Assembly: GCF_037042905.1 (NCBI RefSeq)
Contig: NC_087252.1
Coordinates: 24,368,001-24,432,000, forward strand
Direction of reading: 5' to 3'
Source of the DNA: Lytechinus pictus
Lineage: Eukaryota
Length of the DNA: 64,000 nucleotides
Shown in pieces: positions 40,080-54,983 of this stretch. The notes beneath the pieces were generated by a model. It saw only the letters and a program-made list of their open reading frames with translations, did no database searches and was not told where the DNA came from. The translations under genes were made by a program, and so were the position numbers. Each line of letters starts with the position of its first letter. Positions within the stretch are counted from its first letter, which is position 1.

Positions 40080-43000
40080 TAGTCTGGTAGGGAGGTAGGG
40101 TTCCCATGCACCCGAATGATATATTTTTTAAACCTACATTTTTGTAATCCTTAAAATGTTTATTGAATGAATTTTGATGTTCCCAAAACGAAATATTGTC
40201 CCATGGGGTTCAAATTCAAGATGGCGTCCAAAATGGCCACCATATTCATGGGATTTGGATTTTCGTACATAGATTCCGACACAAACATTCATTTGCCACA
40301 ACATTAGTGTCATATGAAAGATAAATAAATTTTCTACAAGTTGATACTATTCATGGGTGATGAAATGGTAATTCGGCTGAGATTTTAATGAGAAAAGTAC
40401 AATTTTGAGATTTTTTTCCAAAAAATTGAAAATTTGTGAAATACATGATTTACCATAAATCTAAAGAAAAAAAAGAAATCGCCTCGAAAATTTCTAGAAA
40501 ACTTTCCTAATATACAATTATTAAGTGGACGAAATTCCAAAGTGATATCATTATTAGTCACAAACTTATTAGGTCTCAAACTTGAAAATTGAATTTTCAG
40601 AAATTTAGCTTTTTTTACTGCATATCGGAGACTTGGATATATTAATGTATATTGTTTCATTTTCAACCCAGAAAATGGAAAAAGGCCTTCATGAGATGCG
40701 AAATTATCTATTATTTTGTTGGTAGAATTTACTACAATCCCTTTATTCTTCGATTTCAAGTCGGTTGATATAGTTTTTAAAAGAATTAAGACTTTTGGCA
40801 AAAATTTTGTATGTTTTTTGTTAAAAAAATTGCACATGCACTGTTATTGATCAGATTTATTATGAATATCAGTAATTAATGCACAATCTCAACATTCGAT
40901 ATGAAAGATGATGTATCAACGAGAATATTGGCAGGCTTCATGCCACCATGAGTATCTTCATTTGCTTCAGATCGAAGGAAAATATGCTGAATGTATTAAG
41001 CGATTTTGCGCTTAAGTGATGCCAAAAAGCAACCTCGGTGTGGCAGTCACACCTATGAAAACGATTGCAAAGTGATGAATGGTATGCCATTCAAATAATA
41101 CAATAGCTCTGATTAGCCTTTCGCATCGATTGTGTTGGTATGACTAACACATCGTAATGTACAGTATAGAATGTGCATGGTAATAGAAATGTATCTGATT
41201 CAGAAGGATGTAAAGGGAAAAAAGGTGTTTCTGTTACATCATAAAGAAATTTATACACTAGCACTGCAGGTAATAGAGATGAAGTTCTGACATATCAATA
41301 CATAACTGAAAGGAACATGTCAAAGCTACCCCCACCAGCCCACCTTATCTGTATTTTGAATTTATGGCCTGTATTCCAAAATCAGGTTTATTTTCCAACA
41401 CGTTCTAACTCTTTTCTAAATTCATGAAGAGCCAATATTCTGTTTATTGTATATCTCTTATGTTTACAACTCTGTTCCGTTTGCTTTCATAATGAAGGAA
41501 AAAACCTCAATTATCATTCTCAGACAACTATGAACCATTTGGGGGTCAATATTAATGGAATTTGCTCTCCACAGTAAAAATCAGTGGGGGTAATTCTGTC
41601 GTCAGTCCATAACGTAGTTCAGATGACCGAAGATCTGACATGGTATGTGATGGTCGTTTACAAAAACAAAAGAAATCACGATCAAAATCAAAACGTCGAA
41701 AGAACTAACCAATCAGCGAAATGGACACAGCACACGATACTATCACAGATCCTGATCATTATCAGTCTAAAGGCAGTCTATCCAACTTTGCATAATTTGA
41801 CATAATACATACTAATGGACCACACACAGTTGTAAATTCAGAAGGCACAGTAGCATTTGCTAACATTTACATATGCCCACAGAGCCGGTCAACATCAGCT
41901 CTACCTAAGAGTTGACTCAAGTGCAAGTACTAACACTATCATAGTCCGTACGCCAAGGAAATATAAAGTTCAAAGTGGGAATCATTAGTGAAACAAACAC
42001 CAGTAAGACTTGAGGCTTATGGTGAGATTCCAATTGAATGTAAAGGTACACTAATTTGACATAAAATGTTACAGTCCAAAATGGTCAACATAGACATTCT
42101 ATGCACCAGATGTCAAGGTTTCAGCTATCCTTGGGTTGTTAGGTTGCACTGACCTTGGAATTATCACACTTTACTCAGTGTACAATTATGACACACCAAC
42201 ACCTAACCCTAAACCTGAACAAATACTTATCACAAGTGATGAGGATCTCGAACAAGCATTTCCAGAGCAGTTCGATGCTATTGGTAGTTTCAAAGGAAAA
42301 AAACGATGCTTCATGTCAAGGACATCGCTAAACCTACCATAGACGCACCACGCAAGTACAGCACATTAATTGAAGGACAATATCAACGTGGAGGAACACG
42401 ACAAGAATCGGTACTTGTTCATGGAGACGGCATAGCAAGAAGGCTCAGTGTTCAACAGCTCCAAGTGCACAATCAAGAAAGAAGCTATCAACTTCTTTGG
42501 CTCCAAGTGCACTAGATCAGATATCTACTCAGATCCTAGCAAGGTAGAAGCCAACACATTACCCAAGTACTATTACCCAAGGACGAAGAGGATGATGTTC
42601 AGAAATGCCTAATATTGTTCAAATACCTAGCAGCATATATTCCTAATTTGTGGGAAAAGTCAGCACCACTTCGATGACTTCTCCGCAAGGAAGTACCGTT
42701 CATCTGGGACGATGATCATGAACATTCCTTGAACAGCCTGAAATGTGCAGTATCATCAGGTGCATGCCTACAGTTCTATGACCCAGAGAGAGAGAGGCCT
42801 GTCGAAATGGATACATCAATGAAAGATCTAGGAGCATGCCTTGCTTCAGGATGATAACCTGCTGCGTTTGCATCCAAAGTCTTTCCACTGCACAGTCCAA
42901 CTACTCAAACACAGAGGGAAATCTTAGTCTTAATGTTTGGTATCAAACGCTTCTATAATATCAGTTCGAGAAGGAAATTCACAGTCATAATCAATCATAG

Positions 43001-46000
43001 ACCACTGGAAATTATATGAAAAAACTCTTACAAGTGCACTGCCGCATCTACAGCGATCGCTTATAATCAAAGTCCAAGGAAACAGGTTTCAAGTCAATTA
43101 CCGACCTGGAAACAACCCATCTGCTCTTAGGAAAAATATTCGCATATGCGATCGACTTATTACTCTTCGGAAAACACAAGAGGACAGAACTTCAGAAAGA
43201 AACAGCTAATGATCCAATACCTAGATCATTATGGCAGATAGTTACTAAGAGTTGGCCTGAAACAATCCAAGAGTTATTGAAATCCCTTATGCAGTATTGG
43301 TCGTATAGAGATAACATCGGATTATCACATGGAATACTCTTCACGGGAAGTCAAGTCATCGTACCGAAGTCACTGAGGAATGATATCCTTGGACAGCTTC
43401 ACCTAGGACACATGGGAATCGAAAGTACCAGCTGATTTGCTCGTGAGACAGTGTTGTTGTCAAACATCAACGAGGACATCGACCAGTTGATAAAGCAGAG
43501 TGAAACATGCCAGAAACATCAAGCAAGGCAGCAGAAAAAAAAGGTGGAATATCAAGCACATTACTTCTTCTCCACACTATCCAAGATCAAACGGATTAGC
43601 TCAGATGATGGTTCGTACAGTCAAGAATATGTTGACAAAATGTTCTCAGACTGGCCAAGACAGTCAACTAGCAATGATGAACCTGAGAGCAACACCAGTC
43701 GAAAGTTACTTTAGATCACCAGCAGAAATGTTATTTGGTAGACTCATCAGAACCACATTATCAAGTCACTATTTCTCGAGAGATTCTACTGCCACTGATT
43801 TTCTCTTGAATAGGCAAGGCAAGGTGAAGGAAGTGCATTATCGACATGCAAGTTCTGATCTACCACCTCTGCATGTAGGACAGCCAGTGAGAGTTATACA
43901 TCCAAGATAAAACACTTGGATACCGGCTAAAGCATTCAAAGTCTGTGAGGAACCCAGGTCTTACGAAATATCAAAGCCAAACGGAGGAATCTTGAGAAGG
44001 AACGGATCACACGTGAGGGATCCACCATCCCCACTCCAAAGCAGGAATCGAAATTAGCGGTCGCCCGGGTGACGTTGGCAACCAAAACTGCCATCATGGT
44101 TGCCCGGATGGCAACCAAGAAAATTCCATGGTTTTTTTTCTCAAAGAGAATAAAATTCTCTTGAATTTTGCAGCAAGCAAAATTGCTTTTCCAGTCCAAA
44201 GTTTACAACTTCTGGATCAGGAATATATCTTTCAAGATCACATTGGCACAAAGTTTTAGCTCAAAAAGATCGCCCAAATGTAGCACATGAGCCTGCCAAT
44301 GACTTCTAAGATTGACTGCCTTTTTGTCAAAGTCCTCCCTAAGAACCATAAAGCTTGCATTTTGACATGATATAAGTTTATTGTTGGAAGTTGTAAAATG
44401 CAATTTACAGGAGGCCTTTTCCGTGGTACTGATTCGTCACCACATTTTCTACTTTTGAAAATATTAAATAGATTAATAACACAGCCATTCACATCTCAAT
44501 GTTCCAAAAATGCATTCCCCTTCTTTACATTGGTCAACAGAAAGAGGTTTTTGGCACTTTAATGTATCAGAATTGTTTGATTTAATATGTAAAGAATAAA
44601 GATAACCCACTCAATTAATTTCTCATACTCAGAATACCCTCAAAATATTTGTAAGAGTTCTTTTGTCAGAATCCAAGATGGCCGTCAAAGTGGTGGCCAA
44701 GGGACAATATTCAAGTTTTCAGAACATCAAAATAAATTCATTCAGTATACGACTCCAGGATTGAAAAGGTGAAGGTTAGAAAAACTTATCAATGTGGTGA
44801 AAAGGGGTGGTAAAGATAATGACAATATAGTAATTTAAGTCTGTAAAATGCAGTAAAAAAATCTATTTCTTAATAATTGTATATTAGGAAAGTTTTCTAG
44901 AAAGTTTCAAGGCAATTCCTTTATTTTTCTTAGATATATGGTAAATCAAGTATTTTGCAAATTTTCATTTTGGGGGAAAACAATTTCAAAATGCACTTTT
45001 CTTATTAAGATCAGCCGAATTACCTTTTCATCACCTATGAATAATACCAACTTGTAGAAAATGTATTCATAATTCATATGACACTAATTTTGTGTTCGAA
45101 GATAAACCTGATTTAGGAATACAGACCATAGATTCAAAATACAGATAAAGTGGGGGTAGCTTCGACATATTCCTTTGAGCTGTGTATTGATGTGTAAGAA
45201 CTTCATCTCTATTATACCTGCAGTGCTAGTGTATCTTATAAATGTTTCAAAGAGACAATATTTAATAAATTTCTTTCTAATGTAACAGAAACACCTTTTT
45301 TGTCTTTGCATCCTTCTGAATCAGATGCATTTCTATTACCATGCACATTACATACTGGACATTACGGTGTGTTAGTCATACCTACACAATCGATGCGAGA
45401 GGCTGATCCAAGCTATTGTATTATTTGAATGACATACCATTCATCACTTTGCAATCGTTTTCATGGATATGACTGCCACACTAAGGTTGCTTTTTGGCCT
45501 CACTTTAGCGCAAAATCGCTCAATACATTCAGCATATTTTCCTTCTATTTGAAGCAAATGAAGATACTTATGGTGGCATGAAGCCTGCCAATATTCTCGT
45601 TGATACATCCTCTTTCATATCGAATGTTGAGATTGTGCATTTATTACTGATATTCATAATAAATCTGATCAATAACAGTGCATGTGCAATTTTTTTTACC
45701 AAAAACATACAAATTTTGGCCAAAAGTCTTAATTCTTTTAAAAACTATACCAACCGACTTGAAATTGAAGAATAAAGGGGTTGTAGTAAATTCTGCCAAC
45801 AAAATAATAGATAATTTCGCATTTTATTAAGGCCTATTTCCATTTTCTGGGTTGAAAATGTGACAATATACATTAGTGTATCTCCGCTTTGCAGTAAAAT
45901 AGCTAAATCTCTGAAAATTGAATTTTCAAGTTTGAGACATAATAAGTTTGTGACTAAAAACGACATCGATTTGGAATTTCGTCCACTTAATAATTGTATA

Positions 46001-46433
46001 TTAGGAAAGTTTTCTAGAAATTTTCGAGGCGATTTCTTTATTTTCTCTAGATTTATGGTAAATCATGTATTTCGCAATTTTTTCAATTTTTGGGGAAAAA
46101 TCTAAAAATTGCACTTTTCTTATTAAAATCTCAACCGAATTACCATTTCATCACCCTTAAAAAGTATCGACTTGTAGAAAATTTATTTATCTTTCATATG
46201 ACACTAATTTTGTGGCAAATGAATGTTTGTGTCGGAATCTATGTACGAAAATCCAAATCCCATGAATATGGTGGCCATTTTGGACGCCATCTTGAATTTG
46301 AACCCAATGGGACAATATTTCGTTTTGGGAACATCAAAATTCATTCACTACACATCTTACGGATTACAAAAATGTAGGTTAAAAAAATATATCATTTGGG
46401 TGCATGGGAACCCTATCTCTCTCCCCTACTATA
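40080..46433. mobile_element. Large non-autonomous DNA transposon with ~1.3-kb TIRs (Academ-like TAG..CTA ends)
   Basis: 40080-~41395 is the inverted complement of ~45100-46431 (e.g. tagggttcccatgcacc / ggtgcatgggaacccta); possible ACA TSD; no transposase. Confidence 0.8.
41900..44030 (+). pseudogene. Decayed Gypsy/Ty3 LTR-retrotransposon pol (protease, RT/RNase H, integrase fragments)
   Basis: LRVDSSASTNT protease-like; LGACL, AFASK and QSNYSN RNase H-like pieces across frameshifts; LHLGHMGIE and CQKHQ zinc finger; WNIKHITSSPHYPRSNGLAQMMVRTVK integrase; many stops. Confidence 0.85.
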
Positions 46434-47198
46434 ACATAACCATGGAAATGGTCAAGTGCCACCTTAAATAAAACTGTCTGTCTCTGATCATGGACCTATG
46501 AAAAGATGGACGATTAACGCGAGCATTTCTTTGACCCAATGATAGTCACCGTCACCTGGTTATGCGCATCTTAATGAGAACATACAGGTGTTGTAACAAT
46601 AGCAATTACCATGACTACCAAGGGTATCTGATCACTCAAAGACGGAACAGTTTCCCGGTCTTGATTTTTGTTGGCTGATCCCCTGTTTCAGTATGTGCCT
46701 TTCAGTCAATATGCTTCATATATGGATCAGCAAACTTGAGAAGCAGACGATTTTTATGATATAAAATATGATATTATTCGATCCGCTAACTACCGCTCAC
46801 ACATAAGGACCTCAATAACATTGAGAGATACACGATCTACACATGTTATGTGCCACGTATATCTGGAATATTATGGAGAAACTTGGGAAAATTGAATTTT
46901 AAATGGTAAACAATCAATCACGATATTGCCTCTATATTAAAATATGCAGACATTTCCCCAAATAAAACACATGGAACTAAGATAAACAAAGGTAAACAAA
47001 AACTGCACACCGATTATCCATTATTTCATTGATTTTCTATCAACTGCGCATATAATTTGTGAAATATAAATGTCCAATCACGAACTAATTCAGTCCCTTC
47101 TCACGGTGACGATCATAGGACCAAAGAAGACTAGTATGAAGAGAATGTTATTCAGATGACAATTACCGTCACCTGTTAGTGAATTCATTATCTAAGCG

Positions 47199-49003
47199 AT
47201 GAATGTCCATCTCTTCATAGGTCCATGCTCTGATCTAGTAATAGTCCAGTGGAATGCTCAAGGCATGATTTCGCATGGGTCGGACTTTCTAACTTCTCTT
47301 TTTGATAATAATTTATTGGGTTCCAACCCAGACATTATTTGTATTCAGGAAACATGGTTTAATGATTTTAATGTGTCTTTCATTCCTAATTACTTTTGTG
47401 TTTGTAGAAACAGACAGGATGGTAGGAGAGGTGGTCTGGCTATGTATTTTAAAAAAGACATCGCTTTTCAGGTTATGAAAGTTCAAGAGTTTATCGAATA
47501 TCAAAGGGTAGATATTTTTTTAAAGAAAGGAATTGTTTCCATTATCAATTATTATAATCCCTGTAAAAAGATTGAACTAGAAGAATTAAACTTCATGATT
47601 AGAAATGTGCCAGGGAAGCTTATTATTTTAGGTGACTTTAATAGCCACAATCCTCTATGGGGGAGCAGCAAGCTTGATTCGAACGGAATAACTGTTGAAT
47701 CTTTCATGGAGGTTAATGATCTAGCATTACTCAATGACGGATCACCAACAAGACTAGACCCGCACTTTGGTTCTTATTCCATGTTGGATTTATATATTGT
47801 CTCCAAGGAACTAGCTTGTAGTATGGAGTGGCGAGTATTGACCAATAACTTTGGCAGCGACCACAATGCAATCGTGATGAAATTAATACAGACAAATAAC
47901 GCAAATATTAAAGAAAACGCAGATATAGGTTGTAGATGGAGTTTTAGAAACGTAAACTGGGAAGAGTATAGAAAAGCAATTAAAAATGAATTACTTAATC
48001 TAAATTACAAGAGACATTACTCGGCATGCAATTTGGATATTCAAGGACGATATGATATAATAGTTAAGGTAATCTTGAATGCTTCGAAGAGGTGTATTCG
48101 TCGAGTGCGAATAGGAGGAGAGAACAGAGGTAAAATAACTCCCTGGTGGAACGAAGCATGTCAAAAAGCGGTGGCGGAGAGAAATCATATTAAAAACAGA
48201 TTACGAAGATATTATGATGTAAATGATGTTCAACTATACTTGAAAAAGAAAGCGTTTGCTCAGAAGGTGCAACGGCGAGCACGATATGACTATTGGTCTA
48301 AATACTGCGGTAAAATGAATAGATTTACAGACATCGGAAAAGTATGGAAACAAGTAAAAGGAATGAGAGATAGCGCAATGAACACTCATATTTTCCACAA
48401 TTTAATCGTTGACGGCAATATCGTTAATGAATCTAAAGATAAGGCTAATGCGGTTGCCCGTTTTTTCAAGTCTATTGACAGATCTTTTTATAATAATGAT
48501 AGTGAAAATGAAGATAATTTATGTAAAGAAATGTCGAATGATGACTGTATTAATGACGACTTTAACATGAATGAAATGAAGAGTGTTTTCCAAGATTTGA
48601 TAAACTCAGCGCCAGGTAAGGATGATATTCATGCGATTATGTTAAAAAACTTACCCCAAATAGCGCTTGATGTTATATTAGATCTGTACAACGACATATG
48701 GAAAACTTCAAATTTCCCTTGTCAGTGGTATGAAGTGGTTCAAATACCTATTTTGAAACCTGGAAAGGATTCTAGTTTAGTGTCGTCCTATAGACCTATT
48801 TCTTTATTATCAACCCTGTTTAAAGTCATGGAGAAAATGATTAAAAACCGTCTGAATCGGTTTTTAGATAATAAGAATACGTTAAACCCACTTCAATCAG
48901 GATTCCGCAAATATCGCAGTGTCAAAGATCATTTAGTCAGGCTTGAAACAGATGTTCATTTAGCATTGAAGGAGAAAAAATATACCGTGGCAGTTTTTCT
49001 AGA
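47199..49003 (+). CDS. LINE ORF2 5' part (endonuclease plus RT N-terminus)
   Basis: Open frame to AVFLD, where the insertion begins. Confidence 0.9.
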
Positions 49004-52000
49004 TAGACAAGACCAATATGGGGAGAATTTGAGTTCAAGGAGCATTTTGGGGTAAAAGTTGGGAACTGGTCTATTTCACCTAATTTGAATGTGCTGAATC
49101 TGATAAGACCGGTTCCCAAGCCAATTTTTCATGTTTTGACCACCTAATTTGCATAAACAAAATGGCTGCCAAATTGACAATTTATAATCTTATTTCTACA
49201 CTATTCTTTTATAATAATCGCTTTCACCGATATGGATACTGCAAAATCCTGCATACTGAACATGTACCATTCGGGAAAATTTGTTATTTCTGTTTCCGGC
49301 TAATTAATTATGCAAATTTATGCATATTTTGCAATATTATGCTATAATTTGATAATTACACCTAAAATGTTTATTATTTGGGGTACAAATAGCATTTGTA
49401 TCATTGTGATAATTATTTGGCCCCTAAATATAATACTCAAGTCAATTTTATATGTATTTTATTGTTCTTTGATATTTCTTTTGTGTTCTTGTATTTTCTG
49501 CCATTTGCTTTTGTATATGTTTGATATGAGATCTTTAAAAAAATAATATCAATGGCAAACAAATTTTAAGCTTCAATGATAGAATCATTTGACAAACTTC
49601 TTTTGCCACAACTGTTAATTGTACTCAGGAACAATTACACACACATGCTCACACACACACACCTGTATATAGAAAGTAATATACTTGCAAGGTATATTAG
49701 ACATGCCCAATATAAAAACATTGATGCTGATCCTATAATCATGACAATTACCAAATTCAATGAACCCGTAAGAAAAGAAGAGTTAGAAGTTGGAAAACCT
49801 GTAATCATGCTGAACTTAAATTCTTGAAATAGATATATTAAGATATTTTAAAACAGATCTAATAATCAATTAAACGTATGATTTACGCAGTGTAGTTTAT
49901 TAATCGGATATAAGTATCAGTACATAGTTAACATCCAAAATTATATCTTTGATTCAGCTCCATCAGAACTGCAATCATGGCAGTTAACCAAAGAACAATT
50001 TGTAATAAATGCAAAGGGTATGTATTACTGGATCGCTTACTAATTTTTTTGGTCATTACTGATTTATTTATTTATTTTGCAACGATACATTTTCCCCAAG
50101 TCAACCATCAAAGTGATAACTGAAAACCACAGCTTCTATCCAGTCCTTGCCTTGGAAGATTCTTCGACGAACGATACTGAATACAGAAGAGGAAATGATA
50201 AAAAACAAGGGGCTAAACACAGATTAGCTCCATGGTTAAAACATGGGCAAAACAAGAAGGTTTCCAGCCCAGTCCCTGCCCAATGCAGAACAAAATTTCA
50301 CAGTATGTCCTATGGTTAAAAAGTGCTATAGATGCCTGTTGAAGGTAAATCAACATGGAGACAGTTGCAGAAGTCCAGTCTAGAGGTTATCCGGTCATGG
50401 ATGATATTTTCCGCACCACCGCATGTAAGACAATGTCTGATCTCAGCAATTCTGTGGAGCAGGTAATATGCAGATTGGCAGACATGTCATGTGTGTTTCT
50501 TCATCCCCCTTGTTCTATCAAAGACTACGCCAAGAGATCTAGCATTGCATACTGGAGATATGTAGCTTCCTCACCTATCAATACTCGAGTTGTAGTCATA
50601 ATAATTACGCATATATGGAGATGACAAAACTTCGCTTTTTACTGTTATGCTCCAGGAAGTTGACCTTCATCCAACATCGAATCCTCAATGGCAGCACCTT
50701 CAACAGCAGCTGCACGAACCTCTGTATCTTTAACTTTTAGATCAAAAGTGAGGTACACAGCTGGATGTCATCAGCATAGAAGTGTATACCAAGACCATGT
50801 TGCCACATTATAGAGCCAAGAGGAGTGATGTACAGTTTGAAGAACAAGGGACAAGGACAGACTCCCAAGGAACTCCATATCAAAGGGTAGTCACAGGAGA
50901 CTGCATGCCAGTGATGAATACAGCTTCATACAGCTCTGTTGGCAAGGTAAGAGGAAACCTGCCATTGGAGTGCAGAATCATCAATTCCAAAACAGACTGT
51001 CAATCTCCCAAGAAGAATGACATGTTCACTGGTATCAAAATCGGTTGACAAGTCAAACATAACTTAGGCAACTGCTTTCCTCATAGAAAGAGAAATCCTG
51101 GCTCTACAATCGAAGAAATTCTCGACCTAGACTTTGATGGTGATATCTCAGACTCGCATGCAGCCTATCAGAGCTGGGTAAGCTATTGGATGATGTTGGG
51201 TTTAATACCGATCAAAATAAGTGGATTAATAATCACCTACAGGAACGCTAAACATGCCAGGAACCCACCATCCTCTGAAAGATATCTTCGTTATCAATTG
51301 AAATAGTCTATCTTATGAAGATATGAAGATGTGTGAATATTAGAAGTTCGATAAATGGCCTAGAAGACATTAGACAATTCACTGCGGTATTGAAAAGGTG
51401 CACTCCAAGCATTTTAACACCTGGAACAACATCTGGTTAGACAGCAGATTCTCTCTCAAGACAAAAGTTTAGGTTTTCTCTATGGATCTGTGACATGAGA
51501 ATCAGACATAATTATCTCAAGAACACACACACGATGACTTCGATACGAACTGCCTCCGCAGAATACTTGTACTAAATTGGTTTGATTTCAACAATTAGAG
51601 ATGACTTTTATAATATGAGGCTGCCCTATCAATCAAACCATCCAATGGAACACCAAATCGATGATAACTGACATTGATCATTCATCACCCGCTGCCAAAG
51701 GTAAAGGTGTATATCAAGCTGGGGGAAGCTGGATGCCTCTAAGTTGGATGAAGCGGCAATCCTAGATAGGTTAGGTGCAGTACTGCATCGGAAAAGATAT
51801 ATAATGGAGATGCACATGTAATCCGTTAATGAAGTCCAATGATAAAAATTTTTATTAAAAGGATATGCAGTGACTTATTCGTTGTAGAACTTTAGAACAT
51901 CACAGTCTGGCTTTTAAAACACGGAAAACGGTCTAATTGATAGGCAAAATGAGAAATTAGGTAGATTATATGTGGGTTCAGTTCCATTTTTTTTTTCAAA

Positions 52001-53020
52001 ATTGGGACAATAAAAAATTTGACAAGCGTAATGGAGAGAAACACAGGACATCTCATTTTCAGCAGACTGTTTTCACTTCATTTTGCTGAAGAAAAAACAC
52101 TTAATATATATACATGTATGTGTGATCAGATTCTGTTGGTCAGGAACATAACTACTCCAAAGGATATTAAATGCAACTGATTGACTATTAGGAGTTGAGA
52201 ATTACAGTACTGTTATGATTCAAATTTAATAATTCATCATCTAAAATTGTAAATATGAATGAATTGATTGATATCATAATTCAAGATACCATTTTATAAT
52301 AAAAAATTTAGCAATTAATAGTGACATTCGCTTGAATAAAATTCGTTGGATCTCCACCAGTGTGCTTTTAAATTGCAGGAGTTTACCTTTGTATGCAGAT
52401 GTGGGTGTGGGAGTGGGTGCATCTGTTTATGCCCATGGAAATATGCGAATAAAAAATGTTAAAAAGTGATTACAAAATTAAATCATTGAAGATTATGATT
52501 TTCTGCCATTGATAATCAATAATTTGACAGATCCCATAACAAAACATGTACAAAACAAAAGGTACAAAATACAAAGAAGTACATAAGAAATAAAAATAAT
52601 ACATTATTTATAATGATTTAAATGCTATTTGTACCAAAAATATAAACATTTGAGCTGAAATTATCAAATTATAGCATAATGATCCAAAATATGCATAAAT
52701 TTGCATAATTAATTAGCCGCAAACAAAAATAACAAGTTTTCCCGAAAGGTACACGTACGTATGCAGGATTTTGCAGTTTTCATGTCTGTGAAAACGAATA
52801 TTATTAAAGAACATTGTCGAAATAATATTCTGAATTGTCAATTTGGCAGCCATTTTGTTTATGCAAATTAGGTGGTCAAAACATGAGAAATTAGCTTGGG
52901 AACCGATCTTATCTGATTCAGCATATTTGAATTGTGTGAAATAGTCCGGTTCCCAACTTTTACCCCAAAATGCTTCTTAAAGTTTATGTAGGCCTCTTTT
53001 TCCAGAATGGGTCTAGTCTA
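49004..53020. mobile_element. 4017-bp non-autonomous DNA transposon, TAGAC..GTCTA ends, 3-bp TSD AGA, ~550-bp imperfect TIRs (Academ-like)
   Basis: tttctAGA|tagacaagacc ... gggtctagtcta|AGAcctgg; TIR core gcattttggggtaaaagttgggaac...catgttttgaccacctaatttgcataaacaaaatggctgcc. Confidence 0.9.
50330..51050 (-). pseudogene. Decayed L2/CR1-group RT fragment inside the DNA element
   Basis: Minus strand gives FDTSEHVIL, YGVPWESVL (degenerate GVPQGSVL) and GIHFYADDIQL. Confidence 0.75.
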
Positions 53021-53023
53021 AGA

Positions 53024-54983
53024 CCTGGAAAAGGCGTATGATTCGTTATGGAAAGGAGGTCTCTTGAAAAAATTGTCAATGCTAGATATTAGTGGAAATT
53101 TATTTTTCTTTATTAGAGCTTTCTTAAGAAATAGATATTGTAACGTGAAAGTTAACAATAGTATGTCAGAAAAGTATGTATTAGAGCATGGAATCCCGCA
53201 AGGGAGCCCATTAAGTCCTGTCATTTTTACATTGATGTTAAATGACTTAAAAATTAAAGAAAGTGGAGTAAAACTATCATGTTATGCAGATGATATCGCG
53301 ATTTGGTTTACTAGCTCAAACTTAGATCTGGTTCGCCAAAAGCTGCAAGAAGCCCTTCATGAAATCGAAATCTGGTGCTGGAGATGGAAATTAAATATTT
53401 CTCACACAAAGTCTGTAGTTTTAGTTTTTACCAATAAACAAAAGAAAGATATTACTTTGAAAATAAATGGGCATGTTTTGCCTCATTGTGAGCAGTTCAA
53501 ATTTCTTGGTATGTGGTTAGACTCAAAACTAACTTGGTCTAGCCACATTAATGCGATTATTGATAAATGTAAGAAAAGATTAAATTTATTACGTTGCGTT
53601 TCGGGTACAGCTTGGGGGAATAGGTATGAAATTTTGATGATGGTTTACAAAGGTCTTATTTTATCTGTTTTAGACTATGGAAGTGAAATGTATGATTCTG
53701 CCTGTACATCTCTTAAGAAAAAGCTTGACTCTATACAATATAGAGCTTTGAAAATCATTACAGGAACGATATACAATGTATCATTAGAGTCTCTACAAGT
53801 TTTGACCGGTGAATTACCGTTGTATCTTCGGAGAAAACTGTTTAATGATAAATTTAGATATTATTTATTGTTTAGCACTTCATGCCATCCAAGTAGAGAA
53901 ATTTTCATTGAACATACGAACAGACACGAATGGAAGGAAGGGGAAAGACCTTTCAAACTTCGAGCCTGTAGTGATGAGGTACTTGTAGAAAAGCAAGACA
54001 ACTTATTAACAAAAATCCCGGAATGGCGTTTGTCCCGCCCTCCTGTGTCGTTTTATGCTCATCGGATAATTAGAAAGAAGGATATGCTAACGGCCGAGAT
54101 GAAATCTATCGTTCTAGAAAGAATTGGAATTGTGTGGAATGGTTATTTACATATATATACTGATGGATCCAAACAGGAAAATTTTAGAACGGGGGAGGCA
54201 TTTTATGTTCCTCAATATAAAATAAAAAAGTATTTCAGGTTATCCAATGTAAGTATCATGAGAGCGGAACTCATGGCCATTTTAATGGCACTTGAGTGGT
54301 TACACTCCTTTGAGAAACCATGTTCAGTTGTAATTTTTTGCGACTCTTTGTCAGCACTGAATATAATTGATTCATATTTCATAAAATGCACTATTGTTAA
54401 TGAAATTTTATTTAAAATTCATAAACTCAGTTTGAAAGATATCTGTATTAATTTTGAATGGATTCCCTCACATTGTGATGTTAACGGCAATGAGATCGTT
54501 GATAAAGCTGCCAAGAAAGGAGCTGCGAAAAATTCTATAGACATCGTTTTACCAAACACTATAAATGAACTTACATGCTCACGCATGACATTTTATAAAG
54601 GTATCTGGCAAGCTGATTGGAATGCGTCGAGAAATGGTAGATTTTTATATGCTATTCATGATAATGTTTTTAAGCAGGTATATAGAAAAGGTTTTTCTCG
54701 AAAAGTGGAATGCCTCCTTCATCAAATCACAGTAGGTAAGTGCAAATTGAACTATTATATGTTTCAAATTAAACAGCACTCTTCAGGCCTATGTGAGGTG
54801 TGCAATGTATTTGAGACTATTGAACATTATGTTTTATTTTGTTCAAAATATGTAAAGGAGAGACGCATTATGTTTAATAAACTCAAGATGAATGACCCGA
54901 ATCTTAAACAATTATTAATTAATCCCGATTATACACGGGAACTACTATGTTTTATATATGCCACTAACCGTTTTGACAGTTAG
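53024..54983 (+). CDS. LINE ORF2 3' part (RT, RNase H, CCHC)
   Basis: Resumes (D)LEKAYDSLWK in the same frame as ORF 53064-54983. Confidence 0.9.

Noticed and set aside
40385..40837. 150-aa ORF and its mirror ORFs at 45860-46377 as a transposase
   Set aside because: They lie in the AT-rich TIRs, have no catalytic motifs and are not preserved between the two arms
49004..53020. Insertion as a spliceosomal or self-splicing intron in the LINE ORF
   Set aside because: No GT..AG ends; TIRs and an AGA TSD indicate a DNA transposon
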